Positions 10,043 through 18,807 of a stretch of 64,000 nucleotides of DNA are shown piece by piece (the stretch's first letter is position 1; each line of letters starts with the position of its first letter). The DNA comes from an uncultured Acidimicrobiaceae bacterium (GTDB lineage Bacteria; Actinomycetota; Acidimicrobiia; Acidimicrobiales; Bog-793). The notes beneath the pieces were generated by a model that saw nothing but the letters and a program-made list of their open reading frames with translations, had not been told where the DNA came from and ran no database searches. The stretch lies in assembly GCA_963836935.1 (NCBI GenBank), contig CAWILM010000030.1, positions 20,148-84,147 on the forward strand. The letters are read 5' to 3'. Made by a program: the position numbers and the translations under genes.

Positions 10043-10948
10043 TCATTCCAGCGCGGACTCGACTGGCTGCCGATGCCGGGCGGCCACAATCGCGATGGCG
10101 GCGAGTCCCGCAAGGCCACAGCCGACCTGAACAACCGTCAGGGGCTGGCGGAGGATGACCACCGCGGCTGCGGCCGCGACGATCGGGTTGCTCGCTCCGA
10201 TGACCGACGAGACCGAAGCGTCGACGTACTTGTGAGCCCAGTTCATCACCAGATGGGCCCCTCCCGGCACGACGGCCAGCAGAGCTATCCACAACGAGTC
10301 GCCGGCGTGCACTCGTGCAAGGGACTGCGCGGACACCAACACGACCAATGTCAAGGTGGCCGCGGCCACGATCGTCACGACGGCGGTGTACTCCAACGCG
10401 TTCTGCTTCGCCCTCGCGTGCTTGGACACGAGCCAGTAGGCAGACCAGGACAGCATGGATCCGGTGGCAAGCAGGTCTCCGAGCAGCTGGTGGTGGCTCG
10501 TCACTCCCGGACCGATCACGGCGGCCGAGACTCCGACCATGGCCACAAGGATCCAGAACACGTCCCAGCGTCCCATCCGCTCGCCGAACAACGGTCGCGC
10601 GACCATGAGCACCAAAGCCGGCTGAACGGCACCGATGACCGTCACGTCGACCACGCTCGTGAGCTTGAGAGCACAGAAGAACATGGCCATGTCCCCGGCC
10701 AGGAACAGACCGCCGAGCCAGGAATCGCGAAAGTGATCCCAGCTCAGTCGGCGGCCGGACGCGTACACGGCGATCGAGAGAAGTGCGGCGCCGAGCCACA
10801 AGCGATAGAAGCACAGCACGAGGCCGGGCGCCGAGGCGAGCCTCGCGAAGATCGCCGCGAAACCCCAACCGACCGACGCCAGCCCAGAGGCACCGAGGCC
10901 GACCGCCTGATGCCTAGAGCGGGTGGGCGGGGCTGCCAGGGTGGTCAT
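10043..10948 (-). CDS. EamA/DMT family transporter
   Basis: 301-aa ORF, about 10 hydrophobic helices throughout, with the two-EamA-repeat layout. Confidence 0.75.
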   Translation of the reverse strand: MTTLAAPPTRSRHQAVGLGASGLASVGWGFAAIFARLASAPGLVLCFYRLWLGAALLSIAVYASGRRLSWDHFRDSWLGGLFLAGDMAMFFCALKLTSVVDVTVIGAVQPALVLMVARPLFGERMGRWDVFWILVAMVGVSAAVIGPGVTSHHQLLGDLLATGSMLSWSAYWLVSKHARAKQNALEYTAVVTIVAAATLTLVVLVSAQSLARVHAGDSLWIALLAVVPGGAHLVMNWAHKYVDASVSSVIGASNPIVAAAAAVVILRQPLTVVQVGCGLAGLAAIAIVAARHRQPVESALE

Positions 10949-11049
10949 CTGAGACGATCGTACCGGGGCACAAACGGGGCCAACGAAGGCGCCTGCAACG
11001 GTGGCACACGCCCGGGCGGCAATTTCAGGTTCCGAGTAGCCTCACCGCC

Positions 11050-11322
11050 ATGAGTCGCCAGCGGCTGCGCGTGGTCGTCACGGGCCGGGTTCAGAACGTC
11101 TGGTACCGCGACAGCTGCCGCAACGAAGCGCTGGCACGCGGTGTCGCGGGATGGGTGCGGAACTGCTCAGCGGGCAGCGTGGAGGCCGTGTTCGAGGGGT
11201 CGCCCGAGGCCTTGAGCCAGATGGTCTCGTGGTGCCGCACCGGCCCTCCGCGGGCGCGCGTCGACAACGTGGAGGTGACAGAGGAGCCGGTGCAGGACGA
11301 GGTCGGGTTCCTGCTCCGGTAG
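11050..11322 (+). CDS. acyP: acylphosphatase
   Basis: 90-aa ORF with the VxGxVQxVxYR signature (VVTGRVQNVWYR) and GWVRN...VEAVFEG. Confidence 0.85.
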   Translation: MSRQRLRVVVTGRVQNVWYRDSCRNEALARGVAGWVRNCSAGSVEAVFEGSPEALSQMVSWCRTGPPRARVDNVEVTEEPVQDEVGFLLR

Positions 11323-11942
11323 TTGGTAGACAGGCTCTTCGTACGACGCTTCACCCTTCGTGGACAAGATCGCGACCGAGCCAGCGCTGTCGCTGCCGTC
11401 AAGGAGTAGGTTTCGCCCGTGGGCTTCATCTTCCGCAAGTTTCTCGCAGTAGTACGGCAACGACGGGAACGCCGAAACCGAGCACGCGGTCGCTGATCTC
11501 GGGGAAGTAAGCGGGGCCGATCGAGTCTTGCGGCCGAGCCCAGTCGTCACCGAAGGCAGGCGTCGTCGCGCCACCAGGGCGTCAGTCGGCGATCCGCGTC
11601 GGCCAAGCTCGCGGTCCTGCTGTCCGAGTGAGGGTGCGTGGTGTCGAGCCTCGGGATCAGGTGGGAGAGAGACCCACCTCCCTACCGTGACTACTGCCGT
11701 TGCTCCGGTGGAGCCGGCGACGAGTACGAAGCCAGCGACGCCGACGTGATCGAAGTGCGTGACTGGACTGAAGCTCAGCGAGCAAGGCAGCCGCGCTTGT
11801 ACGCCTGCGTCCCCCGCGACGGCCTTGGCCTCGCGCCTCTGGGGCACCGATCCCAACGACGCCCACGTGCGGATCAGCCCAGCGGCTTTGGGCCAGGCCG
11901 CGAAACCTTCTCTTCCGCCCGGCCCCAGAGCCGAGGTCTTCG

Positions 11943-11972
11943 CGAACTCGACCGGGCGCGGCGTCGAGTTCG
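11943..11972 (-). terminator. perfect 10-bp stem hairpin immediately after the hydrolase-like gene stop
   Basis: cgaactcgac (11943-11952) and gtcgagttcg (11963-11972) are exact reverse complements with a 10-nt loop. The hairpin abuts the TAG stop at 11973-11975. There is no U-tract. Confidence 0.35.
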
Positions 11973-13100
11973 CTATCCGGTGAACCGCTCGACCGCGGCA
12001 ACGAACGCCGGCTCGTCCTGGGCCATGGCGTCGTATCCCGCCGCGGGAAGGATGTCCAGCGACGCATGGTAGAGCTGGGTGGCAAGCTCAGTCGCGTTTG
12101 CCGAGGGGAACACGACGTCGTCAGCGCCCGAGACCACGAGGACCGGAATCCTCACCCGGGGGAGATAATCCAGCAGCTTGGCGCTGTTCCAGAGGGACGC
12201 TTGGAGCGCGGCCTCCGCTTTGATGGTCGGCGCCGTGAGCCAGTCAGGGCTCCCTTGGAACAGGTAGCTCTGCCACTGCGCTCGCTCCCGCAAGCCCGTG
12301 GTCGTTGGGGGGAACAGGAGCCCTGACAGTTCCGAGGGTGTGTCATCCGGGGTCGCGAGGAGCCGTACGACCGCGGGTGGGGGCCGCGGCGCCCCGGCAC
12401 CCCCGGCCGAGGAGTCGACGAGGACAAGCGAGGACGCGATCTCGGGATGACGCTCCGCCAATGACAGGGCGATCTCGCCGCCGAGGCCCCAGCCCAGCGC
12501 GATGGGATCGGACAGCCCGAGGGTGAGTACCAGTCCAGCGATCATGTCCGCCAGCCATGGCAGGGAGAGTGGGCTCGTCGCCGGCCCTGAGTACCCCGCT
12601 CCGGGAAGGTCGAACATGGTCACGGTGTAGTGACTCGAGAGATCCGACAGCAACGCCGGGTCCCACCACGACATGGTTCCGTCCTGGCCCGCTATGAGGA
12701 GAAGGTCCGGGCCGCTCCCGAATGTCTGGTACGCGATCGGGACCATCTTGGACCAGGCAGCACTCCCCTCCGAAATGGCAGGAAGCGCGACGTCACCGGC
12801 TGGCAGGGCGGCCACCCGAGCCCGGAAGATCGACGTCCCGGCAATGGGCACGGGAAGCGTCGTGGTTGTCGTCGTGGTGGTCGACGAAGTCGTGGTTGTC
12901 GTCGTGGTGGTCGACGAAGTCGTGGTTGTCGTCGTGGTGGTCGACGAAGTCGTGGTTGTCGTAGGGCCGCCTTGGTTCGAGCTGCATGCCGCGGCCAAGA
13001 CAACAAGCGCCACCGACACCGTCAGTGCCGTGAGCCGTTCCGCACCGCGCCGGCGCTCGCGCGCGAATCCGGAGGGTCCGCGCGCGCGCCTGCGGAACAT
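11973..13100 (-). CDS. alpha/beta-hydrolase-fold lipoprotein with a Thr/Ser-rich linker (catalytic Ser and His apparently substituted)
   Basis: Start ATG 13100 gives a signal peptide plus lipobox-like LAAAC. Next comes a (T8SS)n linker, then an alpha/beta fold. The nucleophile elbow reads GWGLGG where GxSxG is expected, and the AGY position reads Y where GH is expected. The start overlaps the upstream stop (TGATG). Confidence 0.7.
   Translation of the reverse strand: MFRRRARGPSGFARERRRGAERLTALTVSVALVVLAAACSSNQGGPTTTTTSSTTTTTTTTSSTTTTTTTTSSTTTTTTTTLPVPIAGTSIFRARVAALPAGDVALPAISEGSAAWSKMVPIAYQTFGSGPDLLLIAGQDGTMSWWDPALLSDLSSHYTVTMFDLPGAGYSGPATSPLSLPWLADMIAGLVLTLGLSDPIALGWGLGGEIALSLAERHPEIASSLVLVDSSAGGAGAPRPPPAVVRLLATPDDTPSELSGLLFPPTTTGLRERAQWQSYLFQGSPDWLTAPTIKAEAALQASLWNSAKLLDYLPRVRIPVLVVSGADDVVFPSANATELATQLYHASLDILPAAGYDAMAQDEPAFVAAVERFTG
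12859..12963. repeat. perfect 30-bp tandem repeat, 3.5 copies
   Basis: The unit gtcgtggttgtcgtcgtggtggtcgacgaa occurs at 12859-12888, 12889-12918 and 12919-12948, plus a 15-nt partial copy. On the minus strand it encodes the TTTTTTTTSS linker. Confidence 0.95.
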
Positions 13101-14227
13101 CAAACGGAGCCCTTCGGGGACCGGTCCGGCCCGGCCCTGGTGCTGAGTTTGGGGAAGTGACCGGCCGGCGGGACCTCGGCCACGTCCTTCCAAGAGATCC
13201 GCGCCAATCGCTTCGCCGACACGTAGTCGTTCTCGGCGTACCAACGCGCCGAGCGCATGATCGCCTCGACGGCAGGCCGGGACCGGTAACCGAGCTCTCT
13301 GCGGGCCCTGGCGTCGCTGAAGATCATGCGGGTCGCGGCCATCCGCGCCCCTTCGAGCGGAACGCTCGGCTCCCGGCGCAGGAGGCGCCCTTCGACCAGG
13401 TCCGAGGCGTGCGCCGCAACGAGGGCGACCTGCCGGGGGACCTTGAAACCGGCCCGGGGCAAGCCGGTTCCCGCTGCAAGCACGTCGAGGATCTGCCGGA
13501 GCGCGAGGTTCTCCCCTCCCAGCACGTAGCTGCGCCCCTGCGCACCCAGCTCGGCCGCGAGCAGGTGCCCGGCGGCGACGTCGTCCACGTCGACGACATT
13601 CAAGGCCGTGTCGAACCAGCCAGGGATACGCCCGTTCAGGAAGTCGAGAATCGTCTTGCCGGTCGGCGTCGGTGCCCGGTCACCGGGACCCAAAGGCAAC
13701 GTGGGTTGTACCAGGACGACCGGCAGGCCCTGGGCGCCTGCGCGAAGGACCTCGTGCTCAGCGACGTACTTCGACTGCTTGTAGAGCCCGAAGAGGTGGC
13801 CAATACGCGCCCAGGCCGTCTCGTCCGCCGCACAGCCGTTCTCGGTCCCGTCCAGGCCGATCGTCCCGACGGTGCTCGTGTAGACGACCCTCTCGATCCC
13901 GGCGGCCTTGGCCGCATCGATCACGTTCAAGCTGCCGCCGACGTTGACGTCGTAGAAGTCCGCCGGGTTGGGTGCCCAAAACCTGTACACGGCGGCGACG
14001 TGGAAAACCATGCGACACCCGACGGCGGCGGCCGCAACGCCACGGGCGTCGCGCAGGTCCGCCACAACGGGCTCCACGGCGAGGCCATCCAGGTTCTCGC
14101 GCGGCACTCCGGGCTGGAGCAGGACGACGACCTGGGCACCGCGTGCCAGCAGCGCCCGGGTGACAGCCGAGCCGATGAAACCGGCCGCGCCCGTGACAAG
14201 CATCCGGTCGCCCGGCCTGATGGCCAT
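13100..14227 (-). CDS. NAD-dependent epimerase/dehydratase (extended SDR, HpnA/dihydroflavonol-reductase-like)
   Basis: MLVTGAAGFIGSAV Rossmann motif and YKQSK catalytic YxxxK. The long N-terminus in the ORF track is Arg-rich out-of-context sequence, so I placed the start at ATG 14227. Confidence 0.8.
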   Translation of the reverse strand: MAIRPGDRMLVTGAAGFIGSAVTRALLARGAQVVVLLQPGVPRENLDGLAVEPVVADLRDARGVAAAAVGCRMVFHVAAVYRFWAPNPADFYDVNVGGSLNVIDAAKAAGIERVVYTSTVGTIGLDGTENGCAADETAWARIGHLFGLYKQSKYVAEHEVLRAGAQGLPVVLVQPTLPLGPGDRAPTPTGKTILDFLNGRIPGWFDTALNVVDVDDVAAGHLLAAELGAQGRSYVLGGENLALRQILDVLAAGTGLPRAGFKVPRQVALVAAHASDLVEGRLLRREPSVPLEGARMAATRMIFSDARARRELGYRSRPAVEAIMRSARWYAENDYVSAKRLARISWKDVAEVPPAGHFPKLSTRAGPDRSPKGSV

Positions 14228-14265
14228 CGGCGGATGCACAGCCGGGCCGCTAAGGCCGGGCGAGC

Positions 14266-15654
14266 TCAGGAGGGCTCCCTGCGGAGTGCGCTCTTGGCCA
14301 GCGTCCGGCCGAACTCGAATAGAAGCGCGGAGTTGCGGTGGGCATCGGCGAGCACGTCGTCGAGTGCTTCGACGAAGTAGTCCACCTCCTCCTGACCGAT
14401 GATCAGCGGGGGAAGAAGCTTGACGACGTTCATGTTGTCCCCGGCGACCTGGGTCAAGATCCGGTGCCGGTGGAACAGCGGTCCGACCACGAGTTGCGAG
14501 AAGAGCCCCTTGCGGGCACCCTCCATCATCTTCCAACGAGACTTCAACCCGAAAGAGCTGGGCTCACCGAAGACGAGGCCGATGATCAGCCCCTTGCCGC
14601 GCACTTCGTGGAAAAGCTCGTACTTCTCGACCAGCGGGGCCAGGCCCTTCAGGAAGGCCTCGCCGCTCACCCGCGCCCGATCGACGATGTCCTCGTCGTC
14701 GATCGTCTGCAAGGTCGCGAGTGCCGCCACCATCGCGAGCTGGCTCCGCCCGAAGGTCGAGGAATGGACGACGGCGCGCTCCATCTTCGAATAAACGCGG
14801 TCGAAGACCTCCGCTGAGCACATCATCGCCCCGACGGGGATAAAGCCGCCCGAGAGCGCCTTCGACACCGTGATGATGTCGGGCCGCAAGCCGTAGTGTT
14901 CATGAGCCCAGAGCTTGCCGGTCCTGCCGAGGCCGGTCTGGACCTCATCGATAACGAACAGAGTCCCGTGCTTTCGACACAGCGCCGCAGCCGCCGCCCA
15001 GTACTCGTCCGAAGCGAGATTCACGCCCTTGCCCTGGACCACCTCGAGGACCAGGGCCGCGACGTCGTCACGCTGGAGCTCTCGCTCCAAGGCGTCGATC
15101 TCCCCGAACGGCACTTCGTGGCAGCCAGGCAGGAGCGCGCCGAAACCCTCCCGGAACTCCTTGCCGCCGTTGAGCGACAGCGCCCCCATGCTGAGGCCGT
15201 GAAACCCGTGATCAGCGTGGAGGATCCGGGGGCGCTTGGTCGCGTACCTCGAGAACTTGATCGCAGCCTCGATTGCCTCCGCGCCCGAGTTGGAGAAGAA
15301 ACACCTTTGGAGACCGTCATGGGTCCTCGCCACCAACGCCTCGGCGAGCAATCCTGGCAGCAGGGCCGCATCGAGCTGAACCAGGTTCGGGAGGTTCATG
15401 TCGAGCGCCTCGTGCAACGCCTTTTTCACCACCGGGTGCCCGCGTCCGAGGGCGAAGACACCGAAACCGGCCAGGAAGTCGAGATAACGCTCGCCGTTGC
15501 GGTCGTACAGGTACGATCCTTCGCCCCTGACGTAGAAGCGGTCGAAGCCGAGCGTCTTCAGCACCTTCACGAGCTGGGGGTTCAGGTACTCACTGTGGAG
15601 GCGGAAATTCTCACCTTGACGCGCCTCGATCAACGAGCTGAGCTCGAAGGTCAT
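14266..15654 (-). CDS. class-III (omega) pyridoxal-phosphate aminotransferase
   Basis: From ATG 15654 (MTFELSSLIEARQGENF...). Family blocks present: GFGVFALGRGHP, DEVQTGLGRTG, ITVSKALSGG (PLP lysine). Confidence 0.85.
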   Translation of the reverse strand: MTFELSSLIEARQGENFRLHSEYLNPQLVKVLKTLGFDRFYVRGEGSYLYDRNGERYLDFLAGFGVFALGRGHPVVKKALHEALDMNLPNLVQLDAALLPGLLAEALVARTHDGLQRCFFSNSGAEAIEAAIKFSRYATKRPRILHADHGFHGLSMGALSLNGGKEFREGFGALLPGCHEVPFGEIDALERELQRDDVAALVLEVVQGKGVNLASDEYWAAAAALCRKHGTLFVIDEVQTGLGRTGKLWAHEHYGLRPDIITVSKALSGGFIPVGAMMCSAEVFDRVYSKMERAVVHSSTFGRSQLAMVAALATLQTIDDEDIVDRARVSGEAFLKGLAPLVEKYELFHEVRGKGLIIGLVFGEPSSFGLKSRWKMMEGARKGLFSQLVVGPLFHRHRILTQVAGDNMNVVKLLPPLIIGQEEVDYFVEALDDVLADAHRNSALLFEFGRTLAKSALRREPS

Positions 15655-15686
15655 CGGTATTCTCCTCAGTGGTTGCGTTTCGCCAA

Positions 15687-15705
15687 AGCGTAGTAGCGAT
15701 ACGCT
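15687..15705. promoter_or_regulatory. inverted repeat AGCGTA-N7-TACGCT in the 57-bp divergent intergenic region
   Basis: agcgta (15687-15692) and tacgct (15700-15705) are reverse complements. The repeat lies between the two divergently transcribed aminotransferase genes. Confidence 0.25.
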
Positions 15706-15711
15706 CCGGTA

Positions 15712-17085
15712 ATGAAAACGACCCAAGATCAGTGCCCTATCGCGCCTGATGAGGTCCGTGCGCGGCTCGCCGAGCACATGCTCGTGGACGGCTTGCCCAT
15801 AGTGCTCGATCTGTCGAAGAGCCACGGGTGCCGGCTCGTCGATGCCAGGGACGGCACCGAGTATCTGGACTTCTACGCCTTCTTCGGCTCGGCGCCCCTC
15901 GGGATGAACCCCCCCGGGCTCTTCGACGACCCGGCGACGCGCGACGAACTCATCGAGGCTGCTTCGAACAAGCCGGCCAACGCCGAGGTGCCGACGGTAG
16001 AGCTCGCCGAGTTCGTCGCCACTTTCACCCGCGTGCTCGGCGACCCGGCGCTGCCCCATCTGTTCCTCATCGAGGGCGGTGCCCTCGCTGTCGAGAACAC
16101 GCTCAAGTGCGCGTTCGACTGGAAGTCCCGCCGCAACGAGGCGGCCGGGCGCTCACCGGAAGCCGGGACACGGGTGCTCCATCTGAGGCACGCCTTCCAC
16201 GGCCGCAGCGGCTACACGCTCTCTTTGACCAACACGGATCCGGTCAAGACCGACCGCTACCCGAAGTTCGACTGGCCGCGGATCTCCTCGCCCGCCGTGC
16301 GCTTCCCGCTCGAGGCCCACCTGGCCGAGGTCGAGGCCTCCGAACAGCTCGCCCTCGCCGAGGCGAAGGCCGCCTTCGAGGCGCACCCGGACGACATCGC
16401 CTGCTTCATCGCCGAGCCCATCCAATGCGAGGGCGGCGATCGCCACCTCCGCGCCGAGTTCCTGCTGGCCATCCAGGACCTCTGCCTGCGCCACGACGCC
16501 TTGTTCGTGGTCGACGAGGTACAGACCGGAGCGGGCGCGACGGGCACGCCCTGGTGCTACCAGCAGCTCGGACTCTCCCCTGACCTCGTCGCCTTCGGCA
16601 AGAAGGTACAACTCGGGGGCGTCATGGCCGGCAGGCGCGTGGACGAGGTCGCCGACAACGTCTTTGTGACGTCCGGCCGCATCGATTCGACCTGGGGGGG
16701 CAACCTCACCGACATGGTGCGCTCCCGCCGCCTGCTCGAGCTGGTCGAAAAGACCGGTGCCATCGCGAACGCCGCCCGCGTCGGCAACCACCTCCTCGAG
16801 AGGCTGGTGGAGCTCGAGCATTCCTGGCCGACGGCCGTCTCCAATGCCCGCGGGCGCGGCTTTGTGGCCGCCATCGACCTGGCGACGCGCGAGCTGCGCA
16901 CCTCTGTACTCGAGAAGCTCTGGAGTGAAGAGCACGTCATAGCCTTCGGATGCGGCGAGCGAACGCTCCGGCTTCGCCCGCCTTTGTCGATGACGGCCGA
17001 AGACGTCGACGCCGGCTGCGCCGCCATGAGCCGCGTCGTCGGGCGTCTGGCCTCGGGTTTGGGTGCCTTCGACGTGCCCGTGTAG
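15712..17085 (+). CDS. lat: L-lysine 6-transaminase (lysine epsilon-aminotransferase)
   Basis: 457-aa ORF. Lat-type N-terminus (VDGLPIVLDLSKSHGCRLVDARDG.EYLDFY.FF.S.PLG), DEVQTG, and FGKKVQLGG (Lat-type PLP lysine context). Confidence 0.8.
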   Translation: MKTTQDQCPIAPDEVRARLAEHMLVDGLPIVLDLSKSHGCRLVDARDGTEYLDFYAFFGSAPLGMNPPGLFDDPATRDELIEAASNKPANAEVPTVELAEFVATFTRVLGDPALPHLFLIEGGALAVENTLKCAFDWKSRRNEAAGRSPEAGTRVLHLRHAFHGRSGYTLSLTNTDPVKTDRYPKFDWPRISSPAVRFPLEAHLAEVEASEQLALAEAKAAFEAHPDDIACFIAEPIQCEGGDRHLRAEFLLAIQDLCLRHDALFVVDEVQTGAGATGTPWCYQQLGLSPDLVAFGKKVQLGGVMAGRRVDEVADNVFVTSGRIDSTWGGNLTDMVRSRRLLELVEKTGAIANAARVGNHLLERLVELEHSWPTAVSNARGRGFVAAIDLATRELRTSVLEKLWSEEHVIAFGCGERTLRLRPPLSMTAEDVDAGCAAMSRVVGRLASGLGAFDVPV

Positions 17086-17092
17086 CTCACCT

Positions 17093-18734
17093 TCATGGGG
17101 CCGATCGCGTCGAGGTCCACCTCCACGAGACAAGGCGCCCGCTCGTGGAGCGCCCTCCGGACTGCGGTCGCGTAAGAGTCGACCGACCTGACGCGCTCGG
17201 CCCGGATCCCGAACGCTTCTGCCAAGCCGCAGAAGTCGGGCCGTCCCAGATCCACGCCGATGCGCGCTTCGCGTGACCCGTACTGGCTCTCCTGGATGTT
17301 CCGTAGTATCCCGTAGCCGCCGTCGACGAAGACGACGACAACGATGGCCAGCCCTTCGGAAGCGACGGTCGCGAGCTCGGCCGCCGAGAGGAGAAGGCCG
17401 CCGTCCCCGACCAGGAGCACGACCGGTAACGCCTGGGAACCGACGGCGGCGCCGAGCGCATGCGGCAGGCCGAGCCCGATCGCGAAATTGTTCGGCAGGA
17501 TCGAGGTCCGCGGGCGCTTCACGGGCATCAGTCGGTTGCCCCACGTGTAGGCGGAGATCGTCGAGTCCTTCACGACGACGGTGCCGGGATCGACCGCTCC
17601 GGCCAACGCGTCGAGGAGGCCGACCTGGGGTCCGAGCGTCTCCCGCAGTCGCTCTCGGGCGGACCTTGTCGCAGCCACGACATGGTCCGACCACAGTGGC
17701 TCGGCGAGAACTTGCGGCGCGCGGAGGCGGTCCAGCTCGTCCAGCAAGGCAGCGGTCGAATGCTTCGCGTCACCGATCACGGCGGCCTGCACCGGGTAAT
17801 TCCTGCCCGGCACGGCGGGGTCGATGTCCAGCTGCACGAGCCGCGCCGGCAGCTCCATCCTCCAGTTCTCCGTGTTCGGTCCCTGAAAGCGCGTCCCGAT
17901 CGCCACGAGCAGGTCCGCCTCGCGGCACAGCGCCCGAACGTCGGGATCCCAGGTGAGGTTGCCGATGCACGCGGCATCGCTTTCGGGGATGACCCCGCGC
18001 CCGTTCGGGCTCGTCAACAGCCCCGCGCCCAGGCGCCGCACGAACCGCTGCACCTCGGCGACGGCATCGGCTGCAACCACCCCTCCGCCGGCCCACACGA
18101 GGGGCCGGCGAGAACCGGCGATGACCGCGGCCGCGCGGGCAACCTCGGCGCCGTCGGGCGAGCCCCCCGGCACGGCGAGGTCCTCAAGCCGGGGCAGCTC
18201 GGGGTCTGAGTCTGTCGGGGCGTACTGGAAGTCGATAGGCAATTCAACCGACACCGGCCCGCGACGGCCCGTCGTCGCCTCCAGGACCGCTCGCCGCGAC
18301 CGTGTCACCGGTGGCGTCGGCCGATGGCGGCCTGTAACTGGCCTTGGACAGCCGCGCCAGCATGCCGAGCTGGTCGGGCACCTCGTGGATGAAGCCCCGC
18401 TGCTCGCCCAGGAACCGGCTGTCGATCTGGCCCGTCAGGTGCAGGACCGGCGAGGAGGACGGCCAAGCCTCGAGCAGTCCCCCCATGGCGTTCGCCGCTC
18501 CGGGACCGGTCGATGTGAGGCACACGCCAAGCCGACCGGTCGTCCACGCGCGTACCCGTCGGCGGCACCAGCGGCGCCTTGCTCGTGACGGACGCCGATC
18601 GCGCGAATCCGGCCGTCACGCCTGATCGCGTCGTAGATCGGGAGGTTGTGAACGCTCGGGATGCCGAAGACGACCTCCACTCCGGCGCCTGCGAGCACCT
18701 CCACGACCACTTCGCCACCTGTTCGCTCAGTCAT
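17093..18734 (-). pseudogene. thiamine-diphosphate-dependent enzyme (acetolactate synthase/benzoylformate decarboxylase family), three frame disruptions as assembled
   Basis: The N-terminus (18734 downward) carries IPSVHNLPIYDA...ADGYAR. The next block, TTGRLGVCLTSTGPGAANA..., is in another frame (junction ~18555). The third block, VTRSRRAVLEATTGRRGPVSVELPIDFQ..., is in a third frame (junction ~18310). The expected end ...VEVDLDAIGP+TGA is restored by removing one G from the G4 run at 17097-17100. As assembled, the ORF runs antisense through lat to 16557. Confidence 0.7.
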
Positions 18735-18807
18735 CTCGCTCCCGTCCGGAGTCTCGCGTGACGAGGATCACCGGTCGGCGATACACCCCACAGGTAGCCT
18801 CACTTTG

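Noticed and set aside
12859-12963. Short perfect direct repeats, considered as a possible CRISPR array
   Set aside because: The units are contiguous with no spacers. They lie inside a coding region and encode a Thr/Ser linker.
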